Counted from the first letter of the stretch, positions 48,367 through 59,156 are shown. The stretch: 64,000 nucleotides of DNA from Pseudomonadota bacterium (GCA_049324755.1 JBMOMZ010000067.1:1280-65279); one strand, 5' to 3'. The notes: a model not told the origin generated them from the sequence alone. Numbers and translations: made by a program.

Positions 48367-49476
48367 ATGAGCATCGATTTCTCGAAACTGGTGGTGGAAG
48401 GCGTCCGGACATTGCATCCGTATCAGCCGGGCAAACCGATTTCCGAGCTGGAGCGCGAGCTCGGGATCACCGACATCATCAAGCTGGCCTCGAACGAGAA
48501 TCCGCTCGGGCTGTCGCCGAAAGCGAAAGCGGCGATTGAAGCCGAGATCAAGGACATCGCGCTGTATCCGGATGCCAACGGTTTCTACCTGAAGGACGCC
48601 ATCTGCAAGCGTTTCGGCCTTAAGCATGAGCAGCTGACGCTCGGCAACGGTTCGAACGATGTCATGGATATCGCCGTGCGCACCTTTGTCGGCTCTGGTG
48701 ACGAGGTGGTTTGTTCGCAGTACTGTTTTATCGCGTTTCCGATCAGCGCCCAGGCGCAGGGTGCCAAGATCATCAACGTGCCGGCGAAAGCGGATTTCGG
48801 TCACGATCTCGCCGCGATGCGCGCCGCGATCACGCCGAAAACCAAGCTGGTTTACGTGGTCAACCCGAACAACCCGACCGGCAACTGGCTGCGTGCGGGC
48901 GAGCTGAAAGCCTTCCTCGACAGCGTGCCGGAAAACGTGATCGTCGTATATGACGAAGCCTACTTCGAATACGCCGACGGCACGCCGGAATATCCGGATG
49001 CGTTTGCTTGGCTCAATCAATATCCGAACCTGATCGTGCTGCGCACGTTCTCGAAAGCTTATGGCCTCGCTGCACTGCGTGTCGGTTTCTCGGTGGCGCA
49101 AGCCGAATGCGCCGGCTACATGAACCGGGTCCGGCAGCCGTTCAACGTCAACTCGCTGGCGCTCGCGGCGGCGGTCGCTACGATGAACGATACCGACTAC
49201 ATCAAACGCGTGGTTGAACTGAACAAGAAGGGCATGCAGCAGTATCAGCAGGCCTTCGAAGCGCTGAAGCTCAATTACATTCCGTCGCTCGGCAATTTCA
49301 TCACGGTCGATTTGGGCCGGCCGGCGGCGCCGGTGTATCAGGCGATGCTGCGCGAAGGCGTGATCGTCCGGCCGATTGGCAATTACGGGTTGCTGAACCA
49401 CATCCGGATTTCGATTGGCTTGCCGGAGCAGAATGAGCGTTGCATCCGGGCGTTGACGAAGGTGTTGGCGGCTTGA
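48367..49476 (+). CDS. hisC: histidinol-phosphate aminotransferase
   Basis: Motifs LASNENPLG, NPNNPTG and RTFSKAYGLAALRVGF (PLP lysine). GTG 48358 is an alternative start. Confidence 0.9.
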   Translation: MSIDFSKLVVEGVRTLHPYQPGKPISELERELGITDIIKLASNENPLGLSPKAKAAIEAEIKDIALYPDANGFYLKDAICKRFGLKHEQLTLGNGSNDVMDIAVRTFVGSGDEVVCSQYCFIAFPISAQAQGAKIINVPAKADFGHDLAAMRAAITPKTKLVYVVNPNNPTGNWLRAGELKAFLDSVPENVIVVYDEAYFEYADGTPEYPDAFAWLNQYPNLIVLRTFSKAYGLAALRVGFSVAQAECAGYMNRVRQPFNVNSLALAAAVATMNDTDYIKRVVELNKKGMQQYQQAFEALKLNYIPSLGNFITVDLGRPAAPVYQAMLREGVIVRPIGNYGLLNHIRISIGLPEQNERCIRALTKVLAA

Positions 49477-49526
49477 GATTGGTCTCGTAATTCTCCGCCG
49501 CTCTGCAATTCTCTCTCTGCAATTTT

Positions 49527-49652
49527 CCCCCTCTCCCCACCCCCTCCCCCGCGAGGGGGGAGGGGCTCAAATGGATAAGGTGCGATTCGCCGAGTCAATG
49601 CTTCTGGCGGCGACGTCCGACTGGGGGAGGGCCGGGGAGAGGGTGAAACCTC
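49527..49652. repeat. G/C-rich REP-like element (family related to 30139/32752 but distinct)
   Basis: ccccctctccccaccccctcccccgcgaggggggagggg ... gggggagggccggggagagggtgaa. There is an internal palindrome cccctcccccgcgaggggggagggg. Confidence 0.6.
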
Positions 49653-49890
49653 CCGGTTGCAGCGGTTGCTCGCTGCCAAAGTCACTGGCTGTCTTGCTTT
49701 GGTCCTGCGGTCGGACGCGCCTCAATGCACCGGTCCCTGAAACTCCCGTACACAGTTTTCGGTCCAAAACCCCGCCCAATCGTCACCCAACTCGCGTAGA
49801 ATCGCGCCCGCTTTCCGGCACCCCGGCCGGACCGGTTCATTTCCCGTCGGCGGCTCCTGTTTGCCGATGGCCATATAAAGGATGTCAGCC

Positions 49891-50595
49891 ATGACCAAAG
49901 CGGTCCCCGTCATTGCCATCGACGGTCCCGGCGGTTCCGGCAAAGGCACCATTGGCCTGTTGGTGGCCAAGGCGCTGAAGTTCCATTTTCTCGACAGCGG
50001 CGCGCTGTACCGGCTGGTCGGCCTCGCCGCCAAGCACCATGGCATCGCGCTGGACAATGAAGAAGCGTTGACCGTGCTGGCCGGCCATATGGACGTGGCG
50101 TTTGCCGCCGGCGCCAATGGCGAGCCCAAGGTCTATCTGGAAGGCGAAGACGTCACCAGCGACATCCGTTCCGACGAGGTCAGCCAGCTGGCTTCACAGG
50201 TCGCTGCCTTTCCGCGGGTCCGTTCGGCGCTGTTCGACCGCCAGCGCGCCTTTGCCAAGGCGCCAGGGCTGGTCGCCGACGGCCGTGACATGGGCACCGT
50301 GGTGTTCCCGGATGCCGATGTGAAGATTTTCCTGACCGCTTCGGCCGAAACCCGCGCCGAACGGCGCTTCAGGCAGTTGCAGGCAATGGGTTCCGGCGCT
50401 AGTATTGGCGACCTTTTGACCAGCATCCGGGAACGCGACGAGCGGGACCGTAACCGTGCGGTGGCGCCTTTGCGACCGGCGGACGATGCCATTGAGATCG
50501 ACAGCTCCCACCTGAACATCGATCAGGTGCTGCAGCGGGTGCTCGACGTGGTCCGGGACCGTCTTTCATCAGACCAGATCCCGAACTTAAGCTGA
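49891..50595 (+). CDS. cmk: (d)CMP kinase
   Basis: [21 protein letters not shown]-loop. AAGGA lies 8 nt upstream of ATG 49891 (ATG 49882 is also in frame). RDERDRNR motif. Confidence 0.9.
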   Translation: MTKAVPVIAIDGPGGSGKGTIGLLVAKALKFHFLDSGALYRLVGLAAKHHGIALDNEEALTVLAGHMDVAFAAGANGEPKVYLEGEDVTSDIRSDEVSQLASQVAAFPRVRSALFDRQRAFAKAPGLVADGRDMGTVVFPDADVKIFLTASAETRAERRFRQLQAMGSGASIGDLLTSIRERDERDRNRAVAPLRPADDAIEIDSSHLNIDQVLQRVLDVVRDRLSSDQIPNLS

Positions 50596-50897
50596 GCATG
50601 CCGGACTGGGTGAGCAGGAAGGGCAGTCTCGGCTGACCCTGAACGAACAATAAAAGGCTGCGCCGGTCCTTCCGTGATCCGCGCGGCCTTGTGCTTTTCC
50701 GGTGTCCGGTCGGGTGACGGTGCCGGTGAAGCAAAACGAATTCCGTGATTTGTCATCGCTGACACTTCGCGGTGGGCGGTTCCCTTCAAGGATTGAAACG
50801 GAACCATGTGCAGCAAGCCATCTCGTCGGGACGACAGAGGTGTTTTGTATACCGTTTAAATGAACTCTTTCGTTTAAACGTTTTCAGGACAGTCGCA

Positions 50898-52571
50898 ATG
50901 AGCGAATCATTCGCCAAACTTTTTGAAGAATCCCTGGTAGCAGTCGAAATGCGTTCGGGTGCCGTGGTCCGTGGCGTCGTGGTTGACGTCGGCCCGGATG
51001 TGGTCACCGTGCACGCAGGCCTGAAGTCGGAAGGCGTGATTCCGGTCGAGCAGTTCAAGAACGAAGCCGGCGAAATCGAAGTCAAAGTCGGTGACGTGGT
51101 TGACGTGGTGCTCGAAGCCGTCGAAGACGGTTACGGTGAAACCCGCCTGTCGCGCGAAAAGGCCAAGCGCCAGGAATCGTGGATCGCTCTCGAGCGTTCC
51201 TTCACCGCTGGCGAAGCGGTTACCGGCATCATCACCGGCAAAGTCAAAGGCGGTTTCACGGTCGACATCAAGACCATCCGCGCCTTCTTGCCGGGCTCGC
51301 TCGTTGACGTCCGTCCGGTGCGCGACACCACCCACCTCGAAGGCCGCGAACTCGAGTTCAAGGTCATCAAGCTCGACCAGAAGCGCAACAACGTTGTCGT
51401 TTCGCGCCGCGCCGTTATCGAAAGCGAATCGAGCGCCGAACGCGAACAACTCCTTGGCCAGCTGCAGGAAGGCATGGAAACCAAGGGCGTGGTCAAGAAC
51501 CTCACCGATTACGGTGCGTTCGTTGACCTCGGCGGCATCGACGGTCTGTTGCACATCACCGACATGGCCTGGAAGCGCGTCAAGCATCCGTCGGAAGTGG
51601 TCGAAGTCGGCCAGGAAATCACCGTCAAGGTGCTCAAGTTCGATCGCGAGCGCAACCGCGTGTCGCTGGGCCTGAAGCAACTGGGCGAAGATCCGTGGGT
51701 CCAGATCAGCCGCCGTTACCCGGCTGGCGCCAAGCTGCGCGGCAAGGTCACCAACCTGACCGATTACGGCTGCTTCGTCGAAATCGAAGAAGGCGTCGAA
51801 GGTCTGGTGCACGTTTCGGAAATGGATTGGACCAACAAGAACATTCACCCGTCGAAAGTCGTTTCGGTTGGCGACGAAGTGGAAGTCATGGTTCTCGAGA
51901 TCGACGAAGAGCGTCGTCGTATTTCGCTGGGTATCAAGCAGTGCCAGGCCAACCCGTGGCAGACCTTCTCGGCGACCCACAACAAGGGCGACCGCGTCTC
52001 CGGCAAGATCAAGTCGATCACCGATTTCGGTATCTTCATCGGTCTGGACGGCGGCATCGACGGTCTGGTTCACCTGTCCGACATCAGCTGGAACGAGTCG
52101 GGTGAAGAAGCTGTTCGCAAATACAAGAAAGGCGACGATGTTGACGCCGTGGTCCTGGCCGTTGACGCCGAGCGCGAGCGCATCAGCCTGGGCATCAAGC
52201 AGGTCGAGAACGATCCGTTCGCGAACTACCTGGCTGCGCACGGCAAAGGCACCATCGTTTCGGGCAAGGTCACTGCGGTTGACGCCAAAGGCGCCACCAT
52301 TGATCTGGGCGAAGGCGTGGAAGGTTACATCCGCGTTTCCGAACTGACCCGCGACCGCATCGAAGATGCCCGCAGCGCAGTGAAGGAAGGCGAGACCATC
52401 GAAGCCAAGTTCGTCGGTGTTGACCGCAAGAACCGCACCATCTCCCTGAGCGTTCGCGCCAAGGACGAGCATGAAGAAGCTCGCGCCATTGCCGAACACA
52501 GCAAGGAAGATGATGTGGCCCCGGCAACCCTGGGCGACCTCATCAAGGCCCAGATGGCCAACCGCGAGTAA
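50898..52571 (+). CDS. rpsA: 30S ribosomal protein S1
   Basis: Trimmed to ATG 50898 ([13 protein letters not shown]). Six S1 repeats (e.g. [27 protein letters not shown]). 557 aa. Confidence 0.97.
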   Translation: MSESFAKLFEESLVAVEMRSGAVVRGVVVDVGPDVVTVHAGLKSEGVIPVEQFKNEAGEIEVKVGDVVDVVLEAVEDGYGETRLSREKAKRQESWIALERSFTAGEAVTGIITGKVKGGFTVDIKTIRAFLPGSLVDVRPVRDTTHLEGRELEFKVIKLDQKRNNVVVSRRAVIESESSAEREQLLGQLQEGMETKGVVKNLTDYGAFVDLGGIDGLLHITDMAWKRVKHPSEVVEVGQEITVKVLKFDRERNRVSLGLKQLGEDPWVQISRRYPAGAKLRGKVTNLTDYGCFVEIEEGVEGLVHVSEMDWTNKNIHPSKVVSVGDEVEVMVLEIDEERRRISLGIKQCQANPWQTFSATHNKGDRVSGKIKSITDFGIFIGLDGGIDGLVHLSDISWNESGEEAVRKYKKGDDVDAVVLAVDAERERISLGIKQVENDPFANYLAAHGKGTIVSGKVTAVDAKGATIDLGEGVEGYIRVSELTRDRIEDARSAVKEGETIEAKFVGVDRKNRTISLSVRAKDEHEEARAIAEHSKEDDVAPATLGDLIKAQMANRE

Positions 52572-52613
52572 GCCTTGCGTCCCGAAACGGGACACCAGGT
52601 GGGAGCAATCCCG

Positions 52614-52645
52614 AAAAGAGCCGGCAACCGCCGGCTCTTTTTTTT
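52614..52645 (+). terminator. rho-independent terminator after rpsA
   Basis: gagccggc-aacc-gccggctc followed by a T8 run. Confidence 0.8.
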
Positions 52646-52888
52646 GCCCCGGGTCGGCCGGCGCTGGGCTTTTCCCCTGACGGCGAAGGTTTTGTGGAAA
52701 GGCGAAGCACTTCCGCTGCCCGCGGAAAGCCGTTTGGCCGTCCAAATACCCCGAATCAACACCATTCGGCGGCAATTTTGCCCACTACCCGAAAAAATTC
52801 ACCTAAGTCGTTGACCGGGCGTGCATTTCTGCTTTTGTCGCGCCATAATGCCGAAACTGTAACCCCTTGACGGCAAAAGGAAAGCCGG

Positions 52889-53215
52889 ATGACCAAGTCG
52901 GAGCTCATTGAGCGGCTTGCCGGTATGCAGAGCCAGCTCAATGCCAAAGATGTCGAGCTCGTCGTAAAGACTTTGCTTGAGCACATGGCGCAGGCCCTGG
53001 CCAAAGGCGAGCGGATCGAGATCCGCGGCTTTGGCAGCTTCTCCTTGCACTATCGTGCTCCGCGCGTCGGCCGCAATCCGAAAACCGGCGAGTCGGTGAT
53101 GCTGGACGGCAAATACGTCCCGCATTTCAAGCCGGGCAAAGAACTGCGTAGCCGAGTCAATGGCGGCGTCGATATCATCGCCCTTGATGATGACGACGAA
53201 GACGACGAGGATTGA
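52889..53215 (+). CDS. ihfB: integration host factor subunit beta, with poly-acidic C-terminal extension
   Basis: [11 protein letters not shown]...[29 protein letters not shown]...[11 protein letters not shown], then [13 protein letters not shown]. Confidence 0.95.
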   Translation: MTKSELIERLAGMQSQLNAKDVELVVKTLLEHMAQALAKGERIEIRGFGSFSLHYRAPRVGRNPKTGESVMLDGKYVPHFKPGKELRSRVNGGVDIIALDDDDEDDED

Positions 53216-53514
53216 AACCGGTGCGGCGTTTGCTGATTTTCATCGTAGTGGTGCTGCTGCTCATTGGCGGTTGGCTGTTCTCGGCCGCCAATGGTGGTGA
53301 GGTGACGGTCAATTACCTGCTCGGCACCTTGCAGGGCCGCTTGTCTTACTGGCTGCTCGGGGTGTTTCTCGGCGGGTTTGTGGTCGGTGTGCTGTATTGC
53401 GGCGCGTCGCTGGTGCGGGCGCGGCTGGTCAATCGTCGGCTGCGTGACCGCTTGGTACAGACCGAGCAAGAGTTGCAGAAACTGAACGCGGCTGCCGCCA
53501 AGGCAGGTCGCTGA
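53212..53514 (+). CDS. lapA: lipopolysaccharide assembly protein LapA (DUF1049)
   Basis: Two TM helices ([34 protein letters not shown]) and a C-terminal coiled coil. The start is TTG 53212 (overlapping the ihfB stop) or GTG 53221. Confidence 0.75.
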   Translation: MKPVRRLLIFIVVVLLLIGGWLFSAANGGEVTVNYLLGTLQGRLSYWLLGVFLGGFVVGVLYCGASLVRARLVNRRLRDRLVQTEQELQKLNAAAAKAGR

Positions 53515-53557
53515 TTCTTCTACCGGTATCGCTCTCACCGGTGACAGGCCGGGTGGC

Positions 53558-54718
53558 ATGACACTTTCTTTCTGGTTGTGGGTCTTGTTGGCGGCGGCAC
53601 TCGGCTGGGTGTTTGGCCGCCGTTATGACCGCCACAAGCAGGCGCGCCGTTCGGCCGAACGGGCCAAGCGCTACTTCAAGGGCCTGTCGTATGTGCTGAA
53701 TGATCAGCCGGACAAGGCCATCGATTTATTCGTTGAGCTGGTCAAGGTCGACCCTGACACCGTCGATACCCATTTCGCGCTCGGCAATCTGTACCGGCGC
53801 CGCGGCGAAACCGAACGCGCCATTCGCATTCACCAGAACATTCTGTCGCGCTTGTTGTTGCCGCCGGCGCACCGGGCGCATGCCCAGTTCGAGCTTGGGC
53901 TGGATTATTTCGCCGCCGGCATTCTGGATCGCGCCGAAGCCATTTTTGTCGACCTGCAACAGGATGCGATTTACCGTCGTTCCTGCCAGAAAGAACTGCT
54001 GGCGCTCTACCAGCAAACCCGTGAATGGGGCAAGGCGGCCGATGTCGCCGATGCCATGCGGCAAGAAGGTGCGGCCGATGCCGGGCCGATGCTGGCCCAC
54101 TTCTATTGCGAACTGGCAGAACAGGCGCTGCAGCAAGGCGAGTTCGCGCTGACACGGCAACGGCTGACGACGGCGTTGGAGCTCGACCCGCGCTCGGTAC
54201 GTGCCAGCCTGGTGCTGGCGCGGGTGGCCCGTGCCAGCGATGATGATGCGGCATTCGTGGCGGCGGTCGAGCGGGTGTTGCAGCAGGATGCGGCGCTGTT
54301 CGTCGAAGTGCTGCCGCTGCTGGAACAATGGGGCGCCAGCCATCCCGAGCAAGAACGGCAGTTGCTGCAGCAGGCCATTCAGGCGGGGGCCGGTGCCAGC
54401 GTGGTACTGGCATTGGCTGAGCGCATTCGTGTTGCGGACGGTGATCGGGCAACCGGCGAATACTTGATTGCGCAGTTGAAGCTGCGGCCGAGTTTGCGCG
54501 AGCTCCAGCGCTTGGTGGAGCTGCATGTGCAGCATGCCAGCGGCAGTACCAAAGAGAGCCTGGCGCTGCTGCAGGATGTGCTGCAACGCCTGGTTGCGCG
54601 TTTGCCGCGTTACCGGTGCCGGCGCTGCGGATTTCAGGGCCAGCACATTCACTGGCGTTGCCCGGGTTGCAAAACCTGGAACAGCGTGCGGCCGGTGACC
54701 GGTATTGAAGGCGAGTAA
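53558..54718 (+). CDS. lapB: lipopolysaccharide assembly protein LapB (YciM)
   Basis: N-terminal TM helix, TPR repeats, and a C-terminal rubredoxin-type metal site YRCRRCGFQGQHIHWRCPGCKTWNS. Confidence 0.9.
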   Translation: MTLSFWLWVLLAAALGWVFGRRYDRHKQARRSAERAKRYFKGLSYVLNDQPDKAIDLFVELVKVDPDTVDTHFALGNLYRRRGETERAIRIHQNILSRLLLPPAHRAHAQFELGLDYFAAGILDRAEAIFVDLQQDAIYRRSCQKELLALYQQTREWGKAADVADAMRQEGAADAGPMLAHFYCELAEQALQQGEFALTRQRLTTALELDPRSVRASLVLARVARASDDDAAFVAAVERVLQQDAALFVEVLPLLEQWGASHPEQERQLLQQAIQAGAGASVVLALAERIRVADGDRATGEYLIAQLKLRPSLRELQRLVELHVQHASGSTKESLALLQDVLQRLVARLPRYRCRRCGFQGQHIHWRCPGCKTWNSVRPVTGIEGE

Positions 54719-54876
54719 GCGGTTTTGGATTGCAATGCCTGTTGCGACGGGTGCGTGGACCGCTCAGCTTCCATCACCGTGAACAACAGAAGAGGAGAGG
54801 GTGAACCTCTCGGCTGGCCGAGCCATTCGGTAGTGGCGCCAGCGTCGACATTCCCATCGGTATACGAGACCAAACC

Positions 54877-55569
54877 ATGATCGATCCGAAAATCATTGTG
54901 GCCCTGGATTACGACCAGCAAGCCAAGGCCTTGGCCTTGGCCGATCAGCTCGACCCGGCGCAATGCCGGCTGAAGATCGGCAAGGAGATGTTCACCAAAT
55001 TCGGGCCGGAGTTGGTGCGGACCATACAGCAACGCGGCTTTCAGGTATTTCTCGATCTGAAATTTCACGACATTCCCAACACCGTTGCCGGTGCGGTCAA
55101 AGCCGCCGCCGACCTCGGCGTCTGGATGGTTAATGTGCATGCCAGCGGCGGTCCGAAGATGATGGCGGCCGCACGCGAAGCCTTGCAGGGCTATGGCGCC
55201 CAGCGGCCGCTGTTGATTGCCGTCACCGTGTTGACCTCGTTCGATGCCGAGCAGTTGGCGGCCATCGGCATCAACCGCAGTCTCGACGAACATGTGCTGG
55301 CGCTGGCCAAGCTCACCGAGCAGGCCGGTCTGGATGGGGTGGTCTGCTCGGCGCGGGAAGCGAGCGCCTTGCGGGCACAGTCGGGCGCCGGCTTCTGTCT
55401 GGTGACGCCAGGTATTCGTCCGGCCGGCAGTGCCGCCGGTGATCAGGTCCGCACCCTGACGCCACAAGAGGCTCTCCAGGCCGGCAGCAGTTATCTGGTG
55501 ATTGGCCGCCCCATCACCGGTGCGTCGGATCCGCTCAAGGCTTTGTGCGAGATTGCTGAATCGCTGTAA
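54877..55569 (+). CDS. pyrF: orotidine 5'-phosphate decarboxylase
   Basis: Motifs [18 protein letters not shown] and LVIGRPIT. Confidence 0.95.
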   Translation: MIDPKIIVALDYDQQAKALALADQLDPAQCRLKIGKEMFTKFGPELVRTIQQRGFQVFLDLKFHDIPNTVAGAVKAAADLGVWMVNVHASGGPKMMAAAREALQGYGAQRPLLIAVTVLTSFDAEQLAAIGINRSLDEHVLALAKLTEQAGLDGVVCSAREASALRAQSGAGFCLVTPGIRPAGSAAGDQVRTLTPQEALQAGSSYLVIGRPITGASDPLKALCEIAESL

Positions 55570-55714
55570 GACACGCTGGAGCGCAGGTAACCGGTCTTCC
55601 TACCATGCGCCCCGTGCCCCGGACGGCACCTGACACGCAGGAAGCGTGTCAGGCCGCAAGCGCAAGGATGCGCCGCTGCGGCACTGATTCCCCTACGGAT
55701 ATGGAGACCCTCAC

Positions 55715-56032
55715 ATGCGTAATCTGATTGCTGCTGCCGCGTTCACCCTGTTCGCCGTTATCGCTCCGGCGCACGCCAATTCGGCGCCGGCCGCCAAAGC
55801 CACTGAGCAAGTGGTGACCGAAGCGAAAGCCGAAGCCCGGCTGAACATCAACACCGCTTCCGCCAAGGAAATCGCCAAAGGCATGAAAGGCATAGGCATC
55901 AAGAAGGCCGAAGCCATCGTCGCCCACCGCGAAGCCAATGGCCCGTTCAAGTCGGTAGAGGACTTGCTGAAAGTCAAAGGTGTTGGCCCGGCGACGCTGC
56001 ACAAGAATGCCGCCCGGATCGCCGTCAAGTAA
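55715..56032 (+). CDS. comEA: ComEA family helix-hairpin-helix DNA-binding protein
   Basis: Signal peptide, then LNINTASAKEIAKGMKGIGIKKAEAIVAHREANGPFKSVEDLLKVKGVGPATL. Confidence 0.85.
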   Translation: MRNLIAAAAFTLFAVIAPAHANSAPAAKATEQVVTEAKAEARLNINTASAKEIAKGMKGIGIKKAEAIVAHREANGPFKSVEDLLKVKGVGPATLHKNAARIAVK

Positions 56033-56048
56033 GTCGGTGCGGTGCAAC

Positions 56049-56076
56049 AAAAAAGGCCTCGAATGAGGCCTTTTTT
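56049..56076 (+). terminator. rho-independent terminator after comEA
   Basis: aaaaaa-ggcctc-gaat-gaggcc-tttttt. Confidence 0.8.
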
Positions 56077-56178
56077 CATGGTTTGCCAGTTTCCTGGCGT
56101 GTCAGAAAATTTTCCAAATTTTTAAGGACTTTGCTATAGTCGCGGCCGGTTTAGCCACGGCGATTGGAGAGGGCACGG

Positions 56179-57636
56179 ATGTCCACCTTAGCGTGCAGCA
56201 CCTTGCTGCCAGTCATTTTGTCCGGCGGAGCGGGTACAAGGCTTTGGCCATTGTCCCGCGAGATGTACCCCAAGCAGCTGTTGCCTCTGGTCGGTGAGCA
56301 CAGCTTGGTGCAACAAACCGTTCAGCGAATTCAACACAGCGACTGGCCGGTACAGGTAGCCGAGCCCTTGATTATCGCCAATCAGGAACATCGTTTCCTG
56401 ATCGCCGAACAATGCCGGGCCGTAGGTGTCTCCGCGCGCATTGTTCTGGAGCCGATTGGCCGCAATACCGCGCCGGCGATGACAGCGGCAGCGATGTTGG
56501 CGGGCGAAGGCAGCGACGGTTTGCTGCTGGTCATGCCGGCTGACCACATCATCAAGGACAGCAAGGCGTTTCAGCAGGCGGTAGCCAAAGCCATTCCGGT
56601 GGCACAGGCTGGCGCCATCGTGACGTTCGGCATTGTGCCGACCGAACCGCACACCGGCTATGGCTATCTGCGCACCGGCAAACCGGTGGCAGACGGCGTG
56701 GTGGCGCTTGATGCGTTTGTCGAAAAGCCCAGTCGCGAACGTGCCACGCAATTTCTGCAGCAGGGTGGTTACTTCTGGAACGGCGGCATTTTCCTGGTGC
56801 GCGCGGATGTCTGGCTGCGTTGCGTGGAGGCGCTGCAGCCGGCGATGTTGCAAGCCTGCCGTGACGCATGCAGCAAGGCGAGTCATGACCTGGATTTTGT
56901 CAGGTTGGACAAGGCGGCCTTTGAGCAATCGCCATCCGACTCGATTGATTACGCCGTGATGGAGCGATTGCCGGAGATCAGCAACGGCCCCGCCGCCGCC
57001 GTGGTACCGCTACAAGCGGGGTGGTCCGATTTGGGGTCCTGGCCTTCCGTAGCCGAGCAATTGCCTGCTGACGAAAACGGCAATCGGACCCGCGGCGATG
57101 TCGTCAGCATTCAATCACAAAACAATCTGGCGCTCGCCGAGCGACGCATGATTGCACTGGTTGGCGTTGAGAACCTGATTGTGGTGGAGACCGCTGACGC
57201 CGTGTTGGTGGCGGACAGTCGCCACGCACAAGCGGTCAAAGATGTGGTGCAGCATCTCAACAAGCTCGGCCGTGACGAGGCGTTGACTCATCGCCGTGTC
57301 TATCGGCCCTGGGGCAACTATGAAGGCATTGATGAAGGCCCGCGCTTTCAAGTCAAGCGTATCACGGTCAACCCCGGCGCTTCCTTGTCGTTACAGATGC
57401 ATTACCACCGTGCCGAGCACTGGATTGTTGTGACCGGCACCGCAGAAGTGACCTGTGGTGAGGAAACTTTCCTGCTGACCGAGAACCAATCGACGTTCAT
57501 TCCGCTCGGAAAGACGCATCGGTTATGCAATCCCGGAAAGGTTCCGTTGGAAATGATAGAGGTTCAATCCGGTGCCTATCTGGGAGAGGACGATATTGTC
57601 CGGTTTTCGGATGTCTATGGCAGACAAGCAACATAA
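56179..57636 (+). CDS. manC: mannose-1-phosphate guanylyltransferase / mannose-6-phosphate isomerase (type II PMI-GMP)
   Basis: Trimmed to ATG 56179. Motifs ILSGGAGTRLWPLSR, GYGYL and FVEKP, with a C-terminal cupin (LSLQMHYHRAEHWIVVTGTAEV). Confidence 0.9.
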   Translation: MSTLACSTLLPVILSGGAGTRLWPLSREMYPKQLLPLVGEHSLVQQTVQRIQHSDWPVQVAEPLIIANQEHRFLIAEQCRAVGVSARIVLEPIGRNTAPAMTAAAMLAGEGSDGLLLVMPADHIIKDSKAFQQAVAKAIPVAQAGAIVTFGIVPTEPHTGYGYLRTGKPVADGVVALDAFVEKPSRERATQFLQQGGYFWNGGIFLVRADVWLRCVEALQPAMLQACRDACSKASHDLDFVRLDKAAFEQSPSDSIDYAVMERLPEISNGPAAAVVPLQAGWSDLGSWPSVAEQLPADENGNRTRGDVVSIQSQNNLALAERRMIALVGVENLIVVETADAVLVADSRHAQAVKDVVQHLNKLGRDEALTHRRVYRPWGNYEGIDEGPRFQVKRITVNPGASLSLQMHYHRAEHWIVVTGTAEVTCGEETFLLTENQSTFIPLGKTHRLCNPGKVPLEMIEVQSGAYLGEDDIVRFSDVYGRQAT

Positions 57637-57652
57637 CAGGGATGCTTAGAAA

Positions 57653-58759
57653 ATGGCGCTGATATTCTTGGTTGCAGGCGCGCGACCAAATTTCATGAAG
57701 ATTGCTCCGATTGTTCGTGCACTCGAGGAACGCTCCGACCGATTCCGGTATCGGATTGTTCACACCGGCCAACATTTTGATCATGAAATGAGCGATGTTT
57801 TTTTTGAAGAACTCGGTATTCCCACTCCGGACTACCATCTCGGCTGTGGTGGCGGCAGTCACGCTCAGCAGACTGCCAAGATTATGGTGGCTTTCGAAGA
57901 AACCTGTCAGAAAGAACGACCGGACTGTGTGCTAGTTGTCGGCGATGTCAACTCCACGCTGGCCTGTTCGATCGTCGCAAAGAAAATGGGGATTCGTGTA
58001 GCGCATGTTGAGGCGGGTTTGCGCAGTGGCGACATGAGTATGCCGGAAGAGATTAACCGGCTAGTCACAGACTCAATTTCAGATTGGTTTTTTGTCACCG
58101 AACCGTCCGGATATGAAAACCTGATAAAAGAGGGAAAGTCGCCTGACGTCGTTTTCGATGTTGGCCACGTTATGATCGACAACTTGCTGTACCAACATAA
58201 AAAGCTTGAGCAAACCGATAAGTCACAATTCATCAGTGAGCCCATCAAGAAACAGCTAGGTCGATATGGCGTTGTTACACTTCATCGGCCATCTAATGTT
58301 GATGATGCCGTCGTTTTTTTGCGCATCATGACAGCACTGAATACTGTTGCTGAGTCAATTTCGCTCGTATTCCCCGTGCATCCGCGAACGCGGCAGATGA
58401 TTGAAAAGTGTGGGATTACGCCTCACCAGAATATCCTGCTTACGAAGCCCCTATCCTATATGGATTTTTTAAATCTCTGGAAGGATGCAGTTGTCGTGAT
58501 GACCGATAGTGGAGGTTTGCAAGAGGAAACTACGGGATTAGGTGTGCCGTGCTTAACGCTTCGAGAAAATACCGAACGGCCAGTCACGGTAGAGCAGGGC
58601 TCAAATGTTTTGGTGGGTACGAGCACACATATGATTGTTGATGCGGCATTTATGACCCTGGTTGGTGGAGGCAAGACCGGAAGGAGGCCTGCCCTGTGGG
58701 ACGGTGCGGCTTCTAGGAGGATTGTAGGTCGATTATCAGATTTATTTTCACAATGCTGA
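57653..58759 (+). CDS. wecB: UDP-N-acetylglucosamine 2-epimerase (non-hydrolysing)
   Basis: Motifs GARPNFMKIAP, VVGDVNSTLA, HVEAGLRS, PEEINR and DSGGLQEETT. The drop in GC begins here. Confidence 0.9.
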   Translation: MALIFLVAGARPNFMKIAPIVRALEERSDRFRYRIVHTGQHFDHEMSDVFFEELGIPTPDYHLGCGGGSHAQQTAKIMVAFEETCQKERPDCVLVVGDVNSTLACSIVAKKMGIRVAHVEAGLRSGDMSMPEEINRLVTDSISDWFFVTEPSGYENLIKEGKSPDVVFDVGHVMIDNLLYQHKKLEQTDKSQFISEPIKKQLGRYGVVTLHRPSNVDDAVVFLRIMTALNTVAESISLVFPVHPRTRQMIEKCGITPHQNILLTKPLSYMDFLNLWKDAVVVMTDSGGLQEETTGLGVPCLTLRENTERPVTVEQGSNVLVGTSTHMIVDAAFMTLVGGGKTGRRPALWDGAASRRIVGRLSDLFSQC

Positions 58760-59156
58760 TCGCGGTTTAGTGGTGATAATGGAAATGCATTGTTGAGGTG
58801 TTTTGGTGCTTTACATGATTCACGCATACCTGATTCAAATCTGCACTAAGCCCCTCAAATTCTGCGAACAAGCTTCGTGAAACAGGAGGTAAATGCACCA
58901 TAAGCCTGATTAATATTTTACATGTTTAAACTTTGGAGCAGGCATTGCTCATTAAAATCTAGCTGTATGCAGTTATGTAATGCTGTAAGAATTTCATAGA
59001 CTAGTGATGTAAAGAGCAGTATACGAATTAATATTTCTAAGGCGTACATTAAATCGCATTAACAAATTTTGAAACTTTAACCAACAGGCGTAGAACTTCC
59101 GGAGTCGCTAGTCGGTTCATCTGCTCCGGACCAAATTAAGACTCTAGAGAATCCAC

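Noticed and set aside
50596-50897. Possible ncRNA or riboswitch in the 300-bp cmk-rpsA gap (contains the cgtttaaa-N12-tttaaacg hairpin near the rpsA start)
   Set aside because: This is most simply the long structured rpsA leader, known to mediate S1 autoregulation and to lack a strong SD. I saw no independent evidence for a separate RNA gene.
50907-52775. 622-aa ORF antisense to rpsA
   Set aside because: Same reasoning: it is a shadow of the six S1 repeats of rpsA, and the repetitive antisense translation has no known fold.
58893-58913. Mini-ORF MHHKPD preceded by AGGAGG in the AT-rich spacer
   Set aside because: Only 6 codons, the SD-ATG spacing is ~3 nt (too short), and no conservation can be assessed. 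Likely chance.
59086-59095. ops/JUMPstart-like sequence aGGCGTAGaa upstream of wzm
   Set aside because: It lacks one G of the GGCGGTAG core and no RfaH context is visible. It cannot be distinguished from chance by eye.
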